From Candidatus Electronema aureum (GTDB lineage: Bacteria > Desulfobacterota > Desulfobulbia > Desulfobulbales > Desulfobulbaceae): DNA of 32,000 nucleotides. This document shows positions 9,159-19,078 of the stretch, one piece after another. Position numbers and translations under genes: made by a program. The notes under the pieces are model-generated. The model ran no database searches, was not told the DNA's origin, and worked only from the letters and a program-made list of their open reading frames with translations. The stretch is from the NCBI GenBank assembly GCA_004284765.1, contig NQJD01000006.1, positions 1-32,000 on the forward strand, read 5' to 3'. Within the stretch, counting starts at the first letter, position 1. Each line of letters starts with the position of its first letter.

Positions 9159-10301
9159 ATGAACACCTATTTTGCCTCCCCAGAACGCGCTGATCAGGAA
9201 ACCCTTGCCGCTACAGTTGATTTCGCCGGCAAAAATCCTATCATTTCCGGTCTGCTCTCTTCTGTGGGCGGCTTATTGGCCGTTCTGGATGAGCATCGGC
9301 AGATTATCGCCCTAAATGACGAATTTCTCCAGATGCTCGGCATTGATAATCCGGCTGGTGTGCTGGGTCTGCGTCCGGGTGAGGCTCTGTGTTGCATCCA
9401 TGCTCAAGAAGAGCCGGGCGGCTGTGGTACCTCACAATTTTGCTCAACCTGCGGCGCGGCCATTGCGCTTGTCTCCAGCTTGAAGCACGACAAACCTGAA
9501 GAACGAATTTGCGCCCTTTCCGCACTCAGAGACGGCAGGGCAGTTGATGTGGCCCTCCTGATTCGCTCGCGGCCTATTCGTATGGAACAACAACGCTTTT
9601 TACTTCTCTTTGTGCAAGACATCACTCGGCAGCAGCAGCGGGCAGCTTTGGAAAGAACGTTCTTCCACGACATCAACAGTATGCTTGGTCTGCTCGCCGG
9701 AGCCGCGGAACTCATGGCACAGGATGAGCGGTCGGAGTTAGCCGATACTGTCCGGCGTACCTCAATGCGTCTGTCTAAGGAGGTGGCGGTGCATCGTTAT
9801 TTGATGAATCAAACAGTTGCATCTCAGCCAACGCTGACTTTGAATGAGGTTGCTGCCGGAGAAATATTAGAAGAACTGCGCTCGTTTTTCGCCAGCTATG
9901 CAGCGGCATATCAAAAAGAGATCAAGTTTCCTGAACACGCCCCAGCAGCAATTATTCGTACTGACATCTCCCTGCTGCTGCGGGTTTTGTGCAATATGAT
10001 TACCAATGCCCTTGAAGCCTCTTGCGCTGATGCGGCTCCAGATGCCGGAGTAACGGTCTGGATTAAGCAGGAAGCAGGGCAATTGGTCTTTCAGGTATGG
10101 AATGCGCAGGCAATTGCGGCGGACACGGCGAGGAGAGTTTTTCAACTGCACTTCAGCACTAAGGCTGAGGCAGGACGCGGAATAGGTACCTATTCCATGA
10201 AGCTGATTGGGGAAAAACTACTCGGCGGAACGGTAAGTTTCACTAGCTCTAAAAAGGAAGGCACAATGTTCTGTTTTGCATTGCCGCTGAAGAACGCTTG
10301 A
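9159..10301 (+). CDS. Soluble PAS-type sensor histidine kinase with a Cys-rich sensor motif
   Basis: A PAS-like N-terminus (LAVLDEHRQIIALNDEFLQMLG) contains CCIHAQEEPGGCGTSQFCSTCG. The H-box is ERTFFHDINSML. The ATPase region has NALEAS and STKAEAGRGIGTYSMKL. No TM segment and no adjacent response regulator were found. Confidence 0.8.
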   Translation: MNTYFASPERADQETLAATVDFAGKNPIISGLLSSVGGLLAVLDEHRQIIALNDEFLQMLGIDNPAGVLGLRPGEALCCIHAQEEPGGCGTSQFCSTCGAAIALVSSLKHDKPEERICALSALRDGRAVDVALLIRSRPIRMEQQRFLLLFVQDITRQQQRAALERTFFHDINSMLGLLAGAAELMAQDERSELADTVRRTSMRLSKEVAVHRYLMNQTVASQPTLTLNEVAAGEILEELRSFFASYAAAYQKEIKFPEHAPAAIIRTDISLLLRVLCNMITNALEASCADAAPDAGVTVWIKQEAGQLVFQVWNAQAIAADTARRVFQLHFSTKAEAGRGIGTYSMKLIGEKLLGGTVSFTSSKKEGTMFCFALPLKNA

Positions 10302-10321
10302 GATGACCAGAGAACAGAAAA

Positions 10322-11749
10322 ATGAATCAAGACAAATACAAAAAGATAGCAAGTAAATACCACGTTGAAGATATACCTGCAGCCTTGATACCTGGCAGTA
10401 GGTTGTCTAATATTTTGGACAGATTAGAATCAGGTCTTCAGATTTCTAACTCTAACCACGAGTTCTTGCGAAGAAAAGGAGTGTCATCTCTTTCAAGATA
10501 TGCAACTTATCTTGAAACTTTTATAAAGGAAGCGGGCCGGGAGCGGGCAGAACGTTATCGTGCCGCCGGGGTTGATTGCCAAGAACAAGAGACTGAAAGA
10601 AGATTAAAGGAAGAAGCACTTCAAGCAAAACTGAAGCAGGAACAAGAACAGGTAACGGCAGCAGCAGAAAAAGAGCGACAAGAAGAAGCCAAACGGCAAC
10701 GACGGGAAAAAGAGAGGGCAAAAAAAATTGTAGTTCAGAATACTCAGAGACAACTAAGCGAAACAGCAGAAGACAGGATAGCGCGAAAGTACGGCATTTC
10801 CCTATCCATGCTTAAAGCTAATTTTCCTCATCTCGTGGAAGATGATTTAAAATTAGAAGAAGAAGCTCGGAAAGTGAGAAGGCAAGCCGAGGAAGAAAGA
10901 CGTATCTTTCAAATAAAACTGATAGAAGAGGCCAACAAAGAGAAAGAACGCGCTGAGGCGGAAAGACTGGCACTTGAAAATGATCCTGTGAACATAGCAA
11001 GGAAAGCGCAGGATAAGTTAATGGAGAAATATGGCATCTACTGTTGGCGTACAACCGTGACAGTTCATTTCGACAAGTTGATTGACATGCTGCAACGTCT
11101 TGACAGTGGATATCGCCTGCTGGAAGTCGATATTGCTTGGCTTTCAACAACTGGATACTACTCAAAACCTCTAAAAAGACGATACCATAAAAATGAAGCT
11201 GCGTTTTATGCAGAAGAATTCAAGAAGAAGAAAGATTACTGGCTGGCTGTCAATGCAAGCAGTCATTACCGTAAATGTGAAGAAGCCGATACATCTGATG
11301 CACTGCTCAATACGATCAACATTTCAGCTATAAAAGATGCCAAACTGAAATCGGCACTCTGCACAACACATGGCGGTGTAAAACGTGATTTGCGTAAATT
11401 TGATGCAGCACTTAGCTTGGGAGAACAAGCACATTTGCTGACTCCAAAAGATTTCCGTCCCTGTACTTTATTAGGTGCTGTGAATATGGAGATCGGAAAT
11501 TATGATTTAGGCCGTTCTTGGTATGATAAAGCTATAGAGCGAGGCTACAGTGAAGAAGCAATGGATGATGAGCTGCGAAGCATTTTCATGCGGGCAGAAA
11601 AAATCAATCAGGATGAAATGCGCGAGTATCTGCTCAAAACTGATCCTATTCGTTACAGCTGGGCAGAGAAAAAACAGCTCATAAACAAAAAAACAAGGGC
11701 AGCGGCAAGAATAACCATCTTCTCAAAAAAAGATGAAAAACGCTGTTAG
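10322..11749 (+). CDS. Hypothetical protein: E/K/R-rich coiled coil plus C-terminal TPR-like helical domain
   Basis: 475-aa ORF starting 20 nt after the kinase stop. It is AT-richer than its neighbours by eye. The charged repeats (ERRLKEEALQAKLKQEQEQ, EKERAEAERL) look like real protein, but no family was recognised. Confidence 0.6.
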   Translation: MNQDKYKKIASKYHVEDIPAALIPGSRLSNILDRLESGLQISNSNHEFLRRKGVSSLSRYATYLETFIKEAGRERAERYRAAGVDCQEQETERRLKEEALQAKLKQEQEQVTAAAEKERQEEAKRQRREKERAKKIVVQNTQRQLSETAEDRIARKYGISLSMLKANFPHLVEDDLKLEEEARKVRRQAEEERRIFQIKLIEEANKEKERAEAERLALENDPVNIARKAQDKLMEKYGIYCWRTTVTVHFDKLIDMLQRLDSGYRLLEVDIAWLSTTGYYSKPLKRRYHKNEAAFYAEEFKKKKDYWLAVNASSHYRKCEEADTSDALLNTINISAIKDAKLKSALCTTHGGVKRDLRKFDAALSLGEQAHLLTPKDFRPCTLLGAVNMEIGNYDLGRSWYDKAIERGYSEEAMDDELRSIFMRAEKINQDEMREYLLKTDPIRYSWAEKKQLINKKTRAAARITIFSKKDEKRC

Positions 11750-11767
11750 GAGTTACGCAGTTGGCAA
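11747..11767 (+). repeat. 21-bp direct repeat, copy 1 (TAGGAGTTACGCAGTTGGCAA)
   Basis: Identical 21-mer to 30679-30699 in the same orientation. Its first three bases are the TAG stop of the 475-aa gene. Confidence 0.8.
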
Positions 11768-11998
11768 GATTTGATCGGCACCCAATGCGTACCTCCCGTC
11801 AACTTCGCCAGTTTATCCAGATGACTGAACGGCTTTGGTCGGAGAAGCGCAAACCCATACAGCAGATGACATTGCCAACAAAGGAATATTAGAGTAGCTG
11901 CTTAACAATAAATTTTACTCACCTTGACTTTATCGACAATATTGTTGTATCCTAAAGACAGGAGAAATTATTAATCACAAAACATGGAGGAACCCAAA

Positions 11999-12310
11999 AT
12001 GAAAAAAATGTCAGCATCTCTTGTTGCAGCAATATTTATGTTAGCATTCTTTATCTCGCACTCCTCTGCTGCTGAAACTAAAATTGATCCGTCAATACTA
12101 AAGATCATTAATGAGATAGTGCTGAAGATGCAGCAGGACACTATGGCTGCAACATATGCTGAGATGCCGTTCAAAAATCAGATGCGAGGCAAAATGATAG
12201 TTCAAAATGCTTCAAAGAATTACATGCAGAGCGTAATCCAGCCACAGATGATGCAGAAAAACATGGGCGCGGAAAAACTGAAGCTGATGAATCGAATGAG
12301 TCAGTTTTGA
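11999..12310 (+). CDS. Small secreted Met/Gln-rich protein, function unknown
   Basis: GGAGG lies 8 nt before the ATG at 11999. The signal peptide is MKKMSASLVAAIFMLAFFISHSSAA. The mature part has 11 Met in about 79 residues by hand count (KMQQDTM, QPQMMQKNM, KLMNRM). Confidence 0.6.
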   Translation: MKKMSASLVAAIFMLAFFISHSSAAETKIDPSILKIINEIVLKMQQDTMAATYAEMPFKNQMRGKMIVQNASKNYMQSVIQPQMMQKNMGAEKLKLMNRMSQF

Positions 12311-12332
12311 TTTCCCCGTATCGCCAATCTAT

Positions 12333-12367
12333 CCGGAGGAGCATGTCTTCTCCGGCTTTGCTTTTTT
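12333..12367 (+). terminator. Terminator of the small Met-rich gene
   Basis: CCGGAG ... CTCCGG stem followed by CTTTGCTTTTTT. Confidence 0.5.
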
Positions 12368-12386
12368 AAAAAATTTCATTGAGTCT

Positions 12387-12419
12387 AAAAAGGCTGCACG
12401 GATTTTCCGTACAGCCTTT
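12387..12419 (-). terminator. Terminator of the nap/octaheme operon
   Basis: The minus strand reads AAAGGCTGTACGG-aaaat-CCGTGCAGCCTTT followed by TTAG. This is a 13-bp stem with one mismatch, located 27 nt after the octaheme gene stop. Confidence 0.55.
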
Positions 12420-12445
12420 CTTGCTTCAGTCAAACAAGCAGCAGC

Positions 12446-13900
12446 TTATTTGGCGTACTTGGCTTTGAACTCCTCTGCACCTTTCGCCCGTTCAGCTTTA
12501 TCAGCCTCGTCTTCCTTGCCGAGGAACCACTTGTGATTGTCGCTGTTCAGCGTTTCGGTCAACAGTTTTTCCAGCTCTTCAGCCGCAGCAACCGCTTCCT
12601 TGTTCGCACTACCTTTGCCCTGCTCAATGAGTTCCTTCAGCTCAGGAATGTACTTAGCAGCCCAATGCTTGGCTACCTCGTAGGTTCCGTGCCAATGGGT
12701 ATAATCCGGGGCCATCATCGCAGCACCGTGACGAGCGCGGCGACCTTCATGATGCCATATTTCATACCACGTGAAGTCAATTGCTTGAGCAAACTGCACA
12801 TACTCTTTGCCCTTCATTGCCTTCAGTACCTTGGTTGCGGCAGCATACAGCTTCAGACCCGGTTCGCCGAACTTCTCATGATAGAGCTTCAGCAGCTCTT
12901 CATACTGCACGTAGAAGTTGTCGGTGAAGTTTGTGTTATGGCAGGAAACGCAAACCTTCTTCATGTTAGCGCGGCGCATATCACCAGTGATTTCAGCCGA
13001 AGCAAGACCCCAGCCTTTATCAACCGTGTGCGTCTCTTTGGAGATTGCCGGACGATTGTTCCACTTGATCCGCAAACCGACGTTGTGGTTAACGTCCATA
13101 TCCTTAGTGGCGGACATGTGGCAGGTCGCGCACGTCGGAGCAGCAGAATAATCCTCACCAACAACCCACTTAGAGGAATTCATGTTCATCCGATCTTTGT
13201 TGGCCTGATACGCAATGCCGTGCTTGGACTCGTTGTAAATCTCAATCTGAGGATGATCCGGTCCCATGTGGCACTTGCCGCAGTTCTCAGGATTCCTGGC
13301 CTGAGCAGCAGAGAAGTTGTGCCGTGAATGGCAGGCCGCGCAGCTGCCCTCGCTGCCGTCCGGGTTGATGCGGCCAATGCCGGTATTCGGCCAAGTTGCA
13401 GGATCGAGCTTACCGTTCGGGAGCACTTTAACCACATTGCCGTGGCATTGCCAGCAGCCGTTGACTGCTGCGGCAGAAACGCCTTTGGGGAAGGCTTCGG
13501 TCTTCATGCCTTTGTTGCCTTCAACGACTTCAGCCAAGGTGTTGTCCAAGGAACCCATGATCTGACCAGCCTTAGAATGATGGGAGCCTTCAAACTCCTC
13601 CACTTCTTTGGCATGGCAGCGCGAGCAGTCCTTAGGCGAAACAATGACAGCGATGGAGAAGCCATTATGATCAATTGCATCTGCCTCGCCTTTTTCCGCC
13701 TTGTGACATTCATAGCAGCCGACATTCGCGCCGAAATGCTTGCTTTCGCCCCACTCCTGATACATGCCTGTGTTGATATCCTTGTGGCAACCGAGACACT
13801 GCTTGGTCTCTTGCGACAGTGCTTTAGGACGACTGTCTTCAGCGGCATAAGCGGTGCCTGCGAGCAGCAGCGCGGCACACGACCAAACTACAACCTTCAT
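12446..13900 (-). CDS. HAO-family octaheme cytochrome c (epsilon-Hao-like; candidate nitrite/hydroxylamine reductase)
   Basis: Sec signal peptide MKVVVWSCAALLLAGTAYAA. There are eight CxxCH motifs (CLGCH, CYECH, CSRCH, CWQCH, CAACH, CGKCH, CATCH, CVSCH) and no CxxCK. CAACHSRHNFS and CGKCHMGPDHPQIEIYNESKHG resemble HAO-family signatures as I remember them. A strong AAGGAGGA RBS is present. Confidence 0.75.
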   Translation of the reverse strand: MKVVVWSCAALLLAGTAYAAEDSRPKALSQETKQCLGCHKDINTGMYQEWGESKHFGANVGCYECHKAEKGEADAIDHNGFSIAVIVSPKDCSRCHAKEVEEFEGSHHSKAGQIMGSLDNTLAEVVEGNKGMKTEAFPKGVSAAAVNGCWQCHGNVVKVLPNGKLDPATWPNTGIGRINPDGSEGSCAACHSRHNFSAAQARNPENCGKCHMGPDHPQIEIYNESKHGIAYQANKDRMNMNSSKWVVGEDYSAAPTCATCHMSATKDMDVNHNVGLRIKWNNRPAISKETHTVDKGWGLASAEITGDMRRANMKKVCVSCHNTNFTDNFYVQYEELLKLYHEKFGEPGLKLYAAATKVLKAMKGKEYVQFAQAIDFTWYEIWHHEGRRARHGAAMMAPDYTHWHGTYEVAKHWAAKYIPELKELIEQGKGSANKEAVAAAEELEKLLTETLNSDNHKWFLGKEDEADKAERAKGAEEFKAKYAK

Positions 13901-14047
13901 AATAACTTCCTCCTTCTTTGAAATTTAATAAGTCAGACGACTGACTTTTCCAAAATTTTTACTACAGGCAGCATTATCACCGAATTTGCAGAAAATGCAA
14001 CAGCAATTTTTTGCCGGGATGAATAAATATGCCGTCTGGTAAAAATT

Positions 14048-14575
14048 TTATTCCTGCTCCTTCTTGCCCAATGAATACCTTCCTTTGCTGCCGAAGACAT
14101 TTTCCACCAAGGGCGGTACATCAGCCTGCCCAGCATGGCATTGCGTGCAGTTAAACCAGCGGGCGGCGATGGTCTCTGTCACCTTGCCGTCGCGGTCCAT
14201 ATAATGGGTTTTGAACGGCTTGGGTGCGCCTGATCCTTCTACGCCATGACAGTTCAGACAATCATTGTCGTTAAATTTTGGATCAATCTCAAATCCTTCA
14301 ATGTTGTGCGGAATCACCGGCGGCTGATGGATGAAAGTGCGGGGCACTTTGGTATCTTTAGTCTTCCAATCCACATCCACGGGCGGGTCTTCAGGCCCGG
14401 TAATCGGGTTCTTGCGAAGGGACTTCAAGGTCTCATCAGCTACAGTGACATCAACTTGCTGCACTTGTGACCCATCACCTTGTTGTAGTGAATTTGTTTC
14501 CTCCTTCTTGGCAGAGGCAAGAGAACAGGAAAGCGCAAGGGCCAGCAGGGAAAGGGTAAACAATGTCTTTTTCAT
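14048..14575 (-). CDS. napB: Periplasmic nitrate reductase diheme cytochrome c subunit NapB
   Basis: Signal peptide, two CxxCH motifs (CLNCH, CTQCH), NapB-like PPVIPH motif and operon context. Confidence 0.8.
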   Translation of the reverse strand: MKKTLFTLSLLALALSCSLASAKKEETNSLQQGDGSQVQQVDVTVADETLKSLRKNPITGPEDPPVDVDWKTKDTKVPRTFIHQPPVIPHNIEGFEIDPKFNDNDCLNCHGVEGSGAPKPFKTHYMDRDGKVTETIAARWFNCTQCHAGQADVPPLVENVFGSKGRYSLGKKEQE

Positions 14576-14587
14576 GGTATATCTCCA

Positions 14588-15424
14588 TCAAGCTCGTTTG
14601 GAAAAAACAAAGACCTCCTGCGGGCAGACATCGATACATCGTCCGCAGTTGAGACAGTTATGCGACAAAATCACATCTGAACTGCCTTTGAGCGCAGGCC
14701 GAATAACCTGCGGCTCTGGGCAAACAGCAAAGCAGTCTGTGCAGTCTGTGCAGCGTTCACGGCGAGCAGCTTTCACCCTCAGCGCGGCGGTAAAGCCGAG
14801 CAAGCTGTAGGCCGCTCCGACTGGGCAGAGATGGCCGCACCAGCCATGCCGGAGGACAAAGGCATCGAGGATAAAAATTTCTGCGGCCAGCAGCCAGCCA
14901 AAGCCCATGCTGAAAAGCAAACCCCGCTGCACCATTGTCACCGGATTGAACCATTCCCAGATAATGCTGCCGGTGACAGCAGCGGAGATGATAATCATAC
15001 CGAGCAGCCAGTAGCGCAGGCTTCTGCTCAGGTTGAGGTTTCCTTTGATCTCTAGCCGCCGGTTGAGCCAAGTGGCTATGTCGGTCAGCAGATTGATCGG
15101 GCAAACCCAAGCGCAGTACATCCGCCCGCCGATCACGGTATAAACAGCCAGCACTACTAACATCCCGACCAAGACCGCCGCTTCCGGTACATGACCAGCA
15201 GCCAAGGACTGCGCCACGGTCAGCGGGTCAGTAAGCGGTAGGAAGCCAAAGGCGGTGCTGGCAGACAGCGTGCCTTTGATCAGCCATAAACCTGCCAGCG
15301 GCCCTAAGAGAAACATCCCCAAGATGCCAAGCTGCGACAGACGGCGCAGCAGCAGCCACGTATTGGCTCGCAGCCAGCCCTTTTTCTCAACCGCTTCTTG
15401 GCCCGGCGTTCTTCGTTTGCTCAT
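14588..15424 (-). CDS. napH: Membrane quinol dehydrogenase Fe-S subunit NapH
   Basis: TM segments carry CAWVCP and CGHLCP motifs, and there are two C-terminal ferredoxin motifs ([24 protein letters not shown]). The start is placed at MSKRRTPG, whose ATG overlaps the napG TGA as ATGA. The ORF-track 5' extension is rejected. Confidence 0.85.
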   Translation of the reverse strand: MSKRRTPGQEAVEKKGWLRANTWLLLRRLSQLGILGMFLLGPLAGLWLIKGTLSASTAFGFLPLTDPLTVAQSLAAGHVPEAAVLVGMLVVLAVYTVIGGRMYCAWVCPINLLTDIATWLNRRLEIKGNLNLSRSLRYWLLGMIIISAAVTGSIIWEWFNPVTMVQRGLLFSMGFGWLLAAEIFILDAFVLRHGWCGHLCPVGAAYSLLGFTAALRVKAARRERCTDCTDCFAVCPEPQVIRPALKGSSDVILSHNCLNCGRCIDVCPQEVFVFSKRA

Positions 15425-16308
15425 GGCTTTTCCTCCGGTCTGCGTGTAGGCAGCTGCAAGGCTTCTGGGATCAAAGAATGACCAGCCTTCTCTTTTTCCT
15501 CCCAGCCCACCCGATAATGGCTGCCCAAGGTTCCTCGCGCTTGGGACAAGGGCAGCACCTTGATCGCTGCGTTTTCCAGCACACAAGACCGCTCGCACTT
15601 GCCGCAGCCAGTGCAGTGCTTGGAATGCACTGTCGGGATGAAGCGGGCATGAACTCCAGTTCGTTGATTCACCTGCATTTCCAAAGTAAGAGCCTTGTCA
15701 ATCACCGGGCAGTTGCGGTAGCAGACATCGCAGCGCAGACCAAGGCAGTTGAGGCAGTTTTCCTGATCCACCAGCACAGCCAGCCCCATTTTGGCCTCGT
15801 TGATAGAGGCCATTTTTTTGTTCAACGCGCCGGAAGGACAGGCTTTCACGCAAGGCATGTCCTCACACATCCGGCAAGGGCTGATTCGGGGAATAAAATA
15901 CGGTGTGCCAGCGGCGATATCCCCGCCGAATTCAGCTAACCGCAGGGTTGGCACCGTTGTTTCCAAGGGCGCGTTCTCACCCAGTTCCGCCAGCTGCGAG
16001 ATAAATTCCCCCAACTGAGGAGCTGAAGCCGCTGGCGGTGCTGTTGTACGACTTTTATCCTGCCGAAGATTTTCCGCACAAGCTCGCACGCACTGACCAC
16101 AGCGCAGGCAGGCTGCAAGGAATTTCTCCTCTGGCAAGGCACCGGGTGGCCTGATTGCATAAGGAGGCAGAGCTTTGGCGGAATGCTGATGCTCAACCAA
16201 ACCAACAGCTAATACCAACGCCCCTGCTGCCGCCGGGATAGTCTCGGTCAGGAAACGTCGCCGCGATGGTGACTGCTCTTGCCCGCTTTTGTTGTGTGCA
16301 GAGTCCAC
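15421..16308 (-). CDS. napG: Periplasmic ferredoxin-type subunit NapG
   Basis: Tat-like signal SRRRFLTE. Four Cys clusters are present ([53 protein letters not shown]). Confidence 0.85.
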   Translation of the reverse strand: MDSAHNKSGQEQSPSRRRFLTETIPAAAGALVLAVGLVEHQHSAKALPPYAIRPPGALPEEKFLAACLRCGQCVRACAENLRQDKSRTTAPPAASAPQLGEFISQLAELGENAPLETTVPTLRLAEFGGDIAAGTPYFIPRISPCRMCEDMPCVKACPSGALNKKMASINEAKMGLAVLVDQENCLNCLGLRCDVCYRNCPVIDKALTLEMQVNQRTGVHARFIPTVHSKHCTGCGKCERSCVLENAAIKVLPLSQARGTLGSHYRVGWEEKEKAGHSLIPEALQLPTRRPEEKP

Positions 16309-16318
16309 AATCAGCCTC

Positions 16319-18811
16319 TTAGGCTTTGGTCACTTTGACCGCGCACTTTTTGAAGTCAGTCTGCTTGGAGATCGGGCAAGTGGCATCTAAGGTCAGCTTG
16401 TTGACTAACCGTCCTTCGTCAAACCAAGCAATGGAGATCAAGCCCTGCGGCGGTTTATTGCGGCCCTGAGTCTCCACCGAGCAGGTAACTTCACCTCGAC
16501 GAGAAGCAATCTTGGCTAACTCGCCACGCTTCAGTCCCCGGCTTTTCGCATCTTCTGGGTGTATAAAGACCACCGCGTCTGGCACGGCCCGGTACAGCTC
16601 CGGTACGCGCCGGGTCATCGAACCAGAATGCCAGTGCTCCAAAACTCGGCCCGTGCAAAGCCAGAGGTCGTATTCTTTATCCGGTATTTCTGGCGGCGGC
16701 TCGTATGGCAGAGCAAAGATCACCGCCTTGCCGTCCTTGTGGCCGTAGAAGCGAATGCCCTCGCCTTTCTTCACGTAAGGATCATAGCCTTCCCGGAAAC
16801 GCCAAAGGGTTTCCTTGTTATCAACCACTGGCCAGCGCAGGCCCCGCGCCTGATGGTACAAGTCAAACGGAGCGAGATCATGACCATGATGGCGACCAAA
16901 CTCGGCGTATTCCTCAAACAGACCCTTTTGCAGATAGAAGCCGAAATGGTTCGATTCATCGTTGTCGTGGCCTTTTTGCAGCTCGCTCAGAGGAAACTTA
17001 TTGACCTGACCGTTGGCATACAGCACCTCAAAGAGCGTCTTGCCCTTGTATTCCGGGTTCTTGTCTAAAAGTGCCTTGGGCCAGACCTCATCGGTCTTGA
17101 AGCGTTTGGAGAACTCAACGATCTGCCAGAGGTCGCTTTTTGATTCGCCAGGTGCCTTGACCTGCTGACGGAAAAATTGCGTCCGCCGCTCGGCATTGCC
17201 CCAAGCCCCTTCCTTTTCCACCCACATCGCCGTGGGCAAAATTAAATCAGCGGCAAGGGCGGTCACCGTCGGGTAAGGGTCAGAAACGATGATGAAGTTA
17301 TTAGGATTGCGGAAGCCGGGGTAGGTCTCCTCGTTCAGATTGGCCCCAGCCTGCATGTTGTTGTTGCACATCACCCAATAGACATTGAGCTTGCTGTCTT
17401 TCAACATCCGGCTCTGCACGACCGCGTGAAAGCCAGGTTTGTCCGGGATTGCGCCAGCGGGCAGCTTCCAGATTTTCTCTGCCTTCTCACGGTGTTCTGG
17501 ATTGGCAACCTGCATGTCCGCAGGCAAACGATGAGAGAAGGTACCAACCTCGCGGGCCGTGCCGCAGGCTGAAGGTTGTCCGGTGAGCGAGAAAGGGCCA
17601 GACCCCGGCGTAGAGATTTTTCCAGTCAACAAGTGGAGATTGTTGCCCATATTGTTGACCCAAGTGCCGCGCGTATGCTGATTAAAGCCCATCGTCCAGA
17701 ACGATACTACCTTGATGTTCGGATCAGCGTACAACTCGGCCAGAGCTTCTAAATCTTTCTTCGGCACACCAGACATCTCGTGCGCCTTGTCCAAGGTGTA
17801 TTCAGAGACAAACTTGGCAAAGTCTTCAAAGCTGCACTCCTTGGCATCATTGGCAGTGGCAGCATTCTTGGCTGCTTTTTCTTTCGGATGATCGGGCCGC
17901 AGACCGTAGCCAATGTCGGTGGTGCCGATCTTGAAATTAACATGCTTACTGATGAAATCCTGGTTCACCTTGCCGTTCTGAATGATGTAATTGGCAATAT
18001 AGTTGAGAATCACCATATCGCTCTGTGGCTTAAAGATGATGGGTAAATCAGCCAGATCAAAGCTGCGATGTTCATAAACCGACATCACCGCTACCTTGAC
18101 ATGATTGGCTGTCAGGCGGCGATTAGTGATCCGTGACCAGAGAATCGGGTGCATCTCGGCCATGTTGGAACCCCAGAGAACAAAGGCATCAGCTTGCTCA
18201 ATGTCATCATAACAGCCCATCGGCTCATCAATGCCAAAGGAGCGCATGAAACCGGCAACGGCAGAAGCCATGCAGTGGCGGGCGTTGGGGTCAAGATTGT
18301 TGGTGAGAAAGCCAGCCTTGCACAGCTTAGAGGCAGCATAGCCCTCCCAGATTGTCCATTGCCCAGAACCGAACATGCCAACTGAGGTTGGCCCGTTCTT
18401 CTGGATGGCAGTCTTGAACTTTTCCTCCATAATCGAGAAGGCTTCTTCCCAAGAAACCGGGGTGAACTCGCCGTTCTTGTCGTACTTCCCGTTCTTTTTG
18501 CGCAGCAAAGGCCGGGTTAGCCGGTCTTTGCCGTACATGATCTTGGAGAGAAAATAGCCTTTGATGCAGTTCAGACCCCGGTTGACCGGCGCGTCTGGGT
18601 CTCCTTGGGTGGCCACTACTTTGCCGTCTTTGGTGCCAACCAAGACACCGCAGCCGGTGCCGCAAAAGCGGCAGGGCGATTTGTCCCATTTGATACCGCT
18701 GTCATCGTCCTTTTGCGCCAAAGCCTCTGTAGCCGGGAGATGTACGCCAACGACTGCCGCAGCAGCGGCGGCAGCATTGGCCCGGATAAAATCACGTCGA
18801 GTCAGTTTCAT
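16319..18811 (-). CDS. napA: Periplasmic nitrate reductase catalytic subunit NapA
   Basis: 830 aa with the Tat signal [19 protein letters not shown] and the N-terminal 4Fe-4S motif CRFCGTGCG. Molybdopterin oxidoreductase sequence runs throughout. Confidence 0.95.
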   Translation of the reverse strand: MKLTRRDFIRANAAAAAAAVVGVHLPATEALAQKDDDSGIKWDKSPCRFCGTGCGVLVGTKDGKVVATQGDPDAPVNRGLNCIKGYFLSKIMYGKDRLTRPLLRKKNGKYDKNGEFTPVSWEEAFSIMEEKFKTAIQKNGPTSVGMFGSGQWTIWEGYAASKLCKAGFLTNNLDPNARHCMASAVAGFMRSFGIDEPMGCYDDIEQADAFVLWGSNMAEMHPILWSRITNRRLTANHVKVAVMSVYEHRSFDLADLPIIFKPQSDMVILNYIANYIIQNGKVNQDFISKHVNFKIGTTDIGYGLRPDHPKEKAAKNAATANDAKECSFEDFAKFVSEYTLDKAHEMSGVPKKDLEALAELYADPNIKVVSFWTMGFNQHTRGTWVNNMGNNLHLLTGKISTPGSGPFSLTGQPSACGTAREVGTFSHRLPADMQVANPEHREKAEKIWKLPAGAIPDKPGFHAVVQSRMLKDSKLNVYWVMCNNNMQAGANLNEETYPGFRNPNNFIIVSDPYPTVTALAADLILPTAMWVEKEGAWGNAERRTQFFRQQVKAPGESKSDLWQIVEFSKRFKTDEVWPKALLDKNPEYKGKTLFEVLYANGQVNKFPLSELQKGHDNDESNHFGFYLQKGLFEEYAEFGRHHGHDLAPFDLYHQARGLRWPVVDNKETLWRFREGYDPYVKKGEGIRFYGHKDGKAVIFALPYEPPPEIPDKEYDLWLCTGRVLEHWHSGSMTRRVPELYRAVPDAVVFIHPEDAKSRGLKRGELAKIASRRGEVTCSVETQGRNKPPQGLISIAWFDEGRLVNKLTLDATCPISKQTDFKKCAVKVTKA

Positions 18812-18847
18812 AGGTCTCCTCCTATTTTGTGCAGTTGCGATGAATCC

Positions 18848-19078
18848 TCATTCATCACAGTAATTATAGATCATCGCCGCAGACAGCACGCCAGGCAGGT
18901 TCTGCACCTGCATCAAGGTTTCTGCTGGGCCAATTTCTGGCGTATCTTCAATGGTAATCACCATTCTGCCGTCGTCTTGGGTCGCATGAACCTCAACGCC
19001 AGCCAGAGCCGCTATCTGCTCCTGCAAGGCCGCAGCGTTTTCAGGAAGGGTGTGAACCACTACGCCGGAAATATTCAT
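18848..19078 (-). CDS. napD: NapD-like chaperone, paralogue 2 (76 aa)
   Basis: MNISGVVVHTLPENAAALQEQIAALAGVEVHATQDDGRMVITIE has the NapD pattern (ISGxVV ... GVExH ... GxxVxTIE). It lies directly upstream of napA. Confidence 0.75.
   Translation of the reverse strand: MNISGVVVHTLPENAAALQEQIAALAGVEVHATQDDGRMVITIEDTPEIGPAETLMQVQNLPGVLSAAMIYNYCDE

Noticed and set aside
11768-11915. Possible gene remnants just after direct-repeat copy 1. The plus frame reads ...LARFDRHPMRTSRQLRQFIQMTERLWSEKRKP. The minus frame reads ...FLCWQCHLLYGF...THWVPIKSCQLRNS and contains a CxxCH.
   Set aside because: Neither frame has a start codon, an RBS or a recognisable family. Both are under 50 codons, so this is too weak to call a pseudogene.
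12446-13900. The multiheme cytochrome as NrfA (pentaheme nitrite reductase), or as part of a NapC/NrfH-type quinol dehydrogenase.
   Set aside because: It has eight CxxCH motifs and no CxxCK. Its length and motifs fit the HAO family, and it has no membrane anchor.
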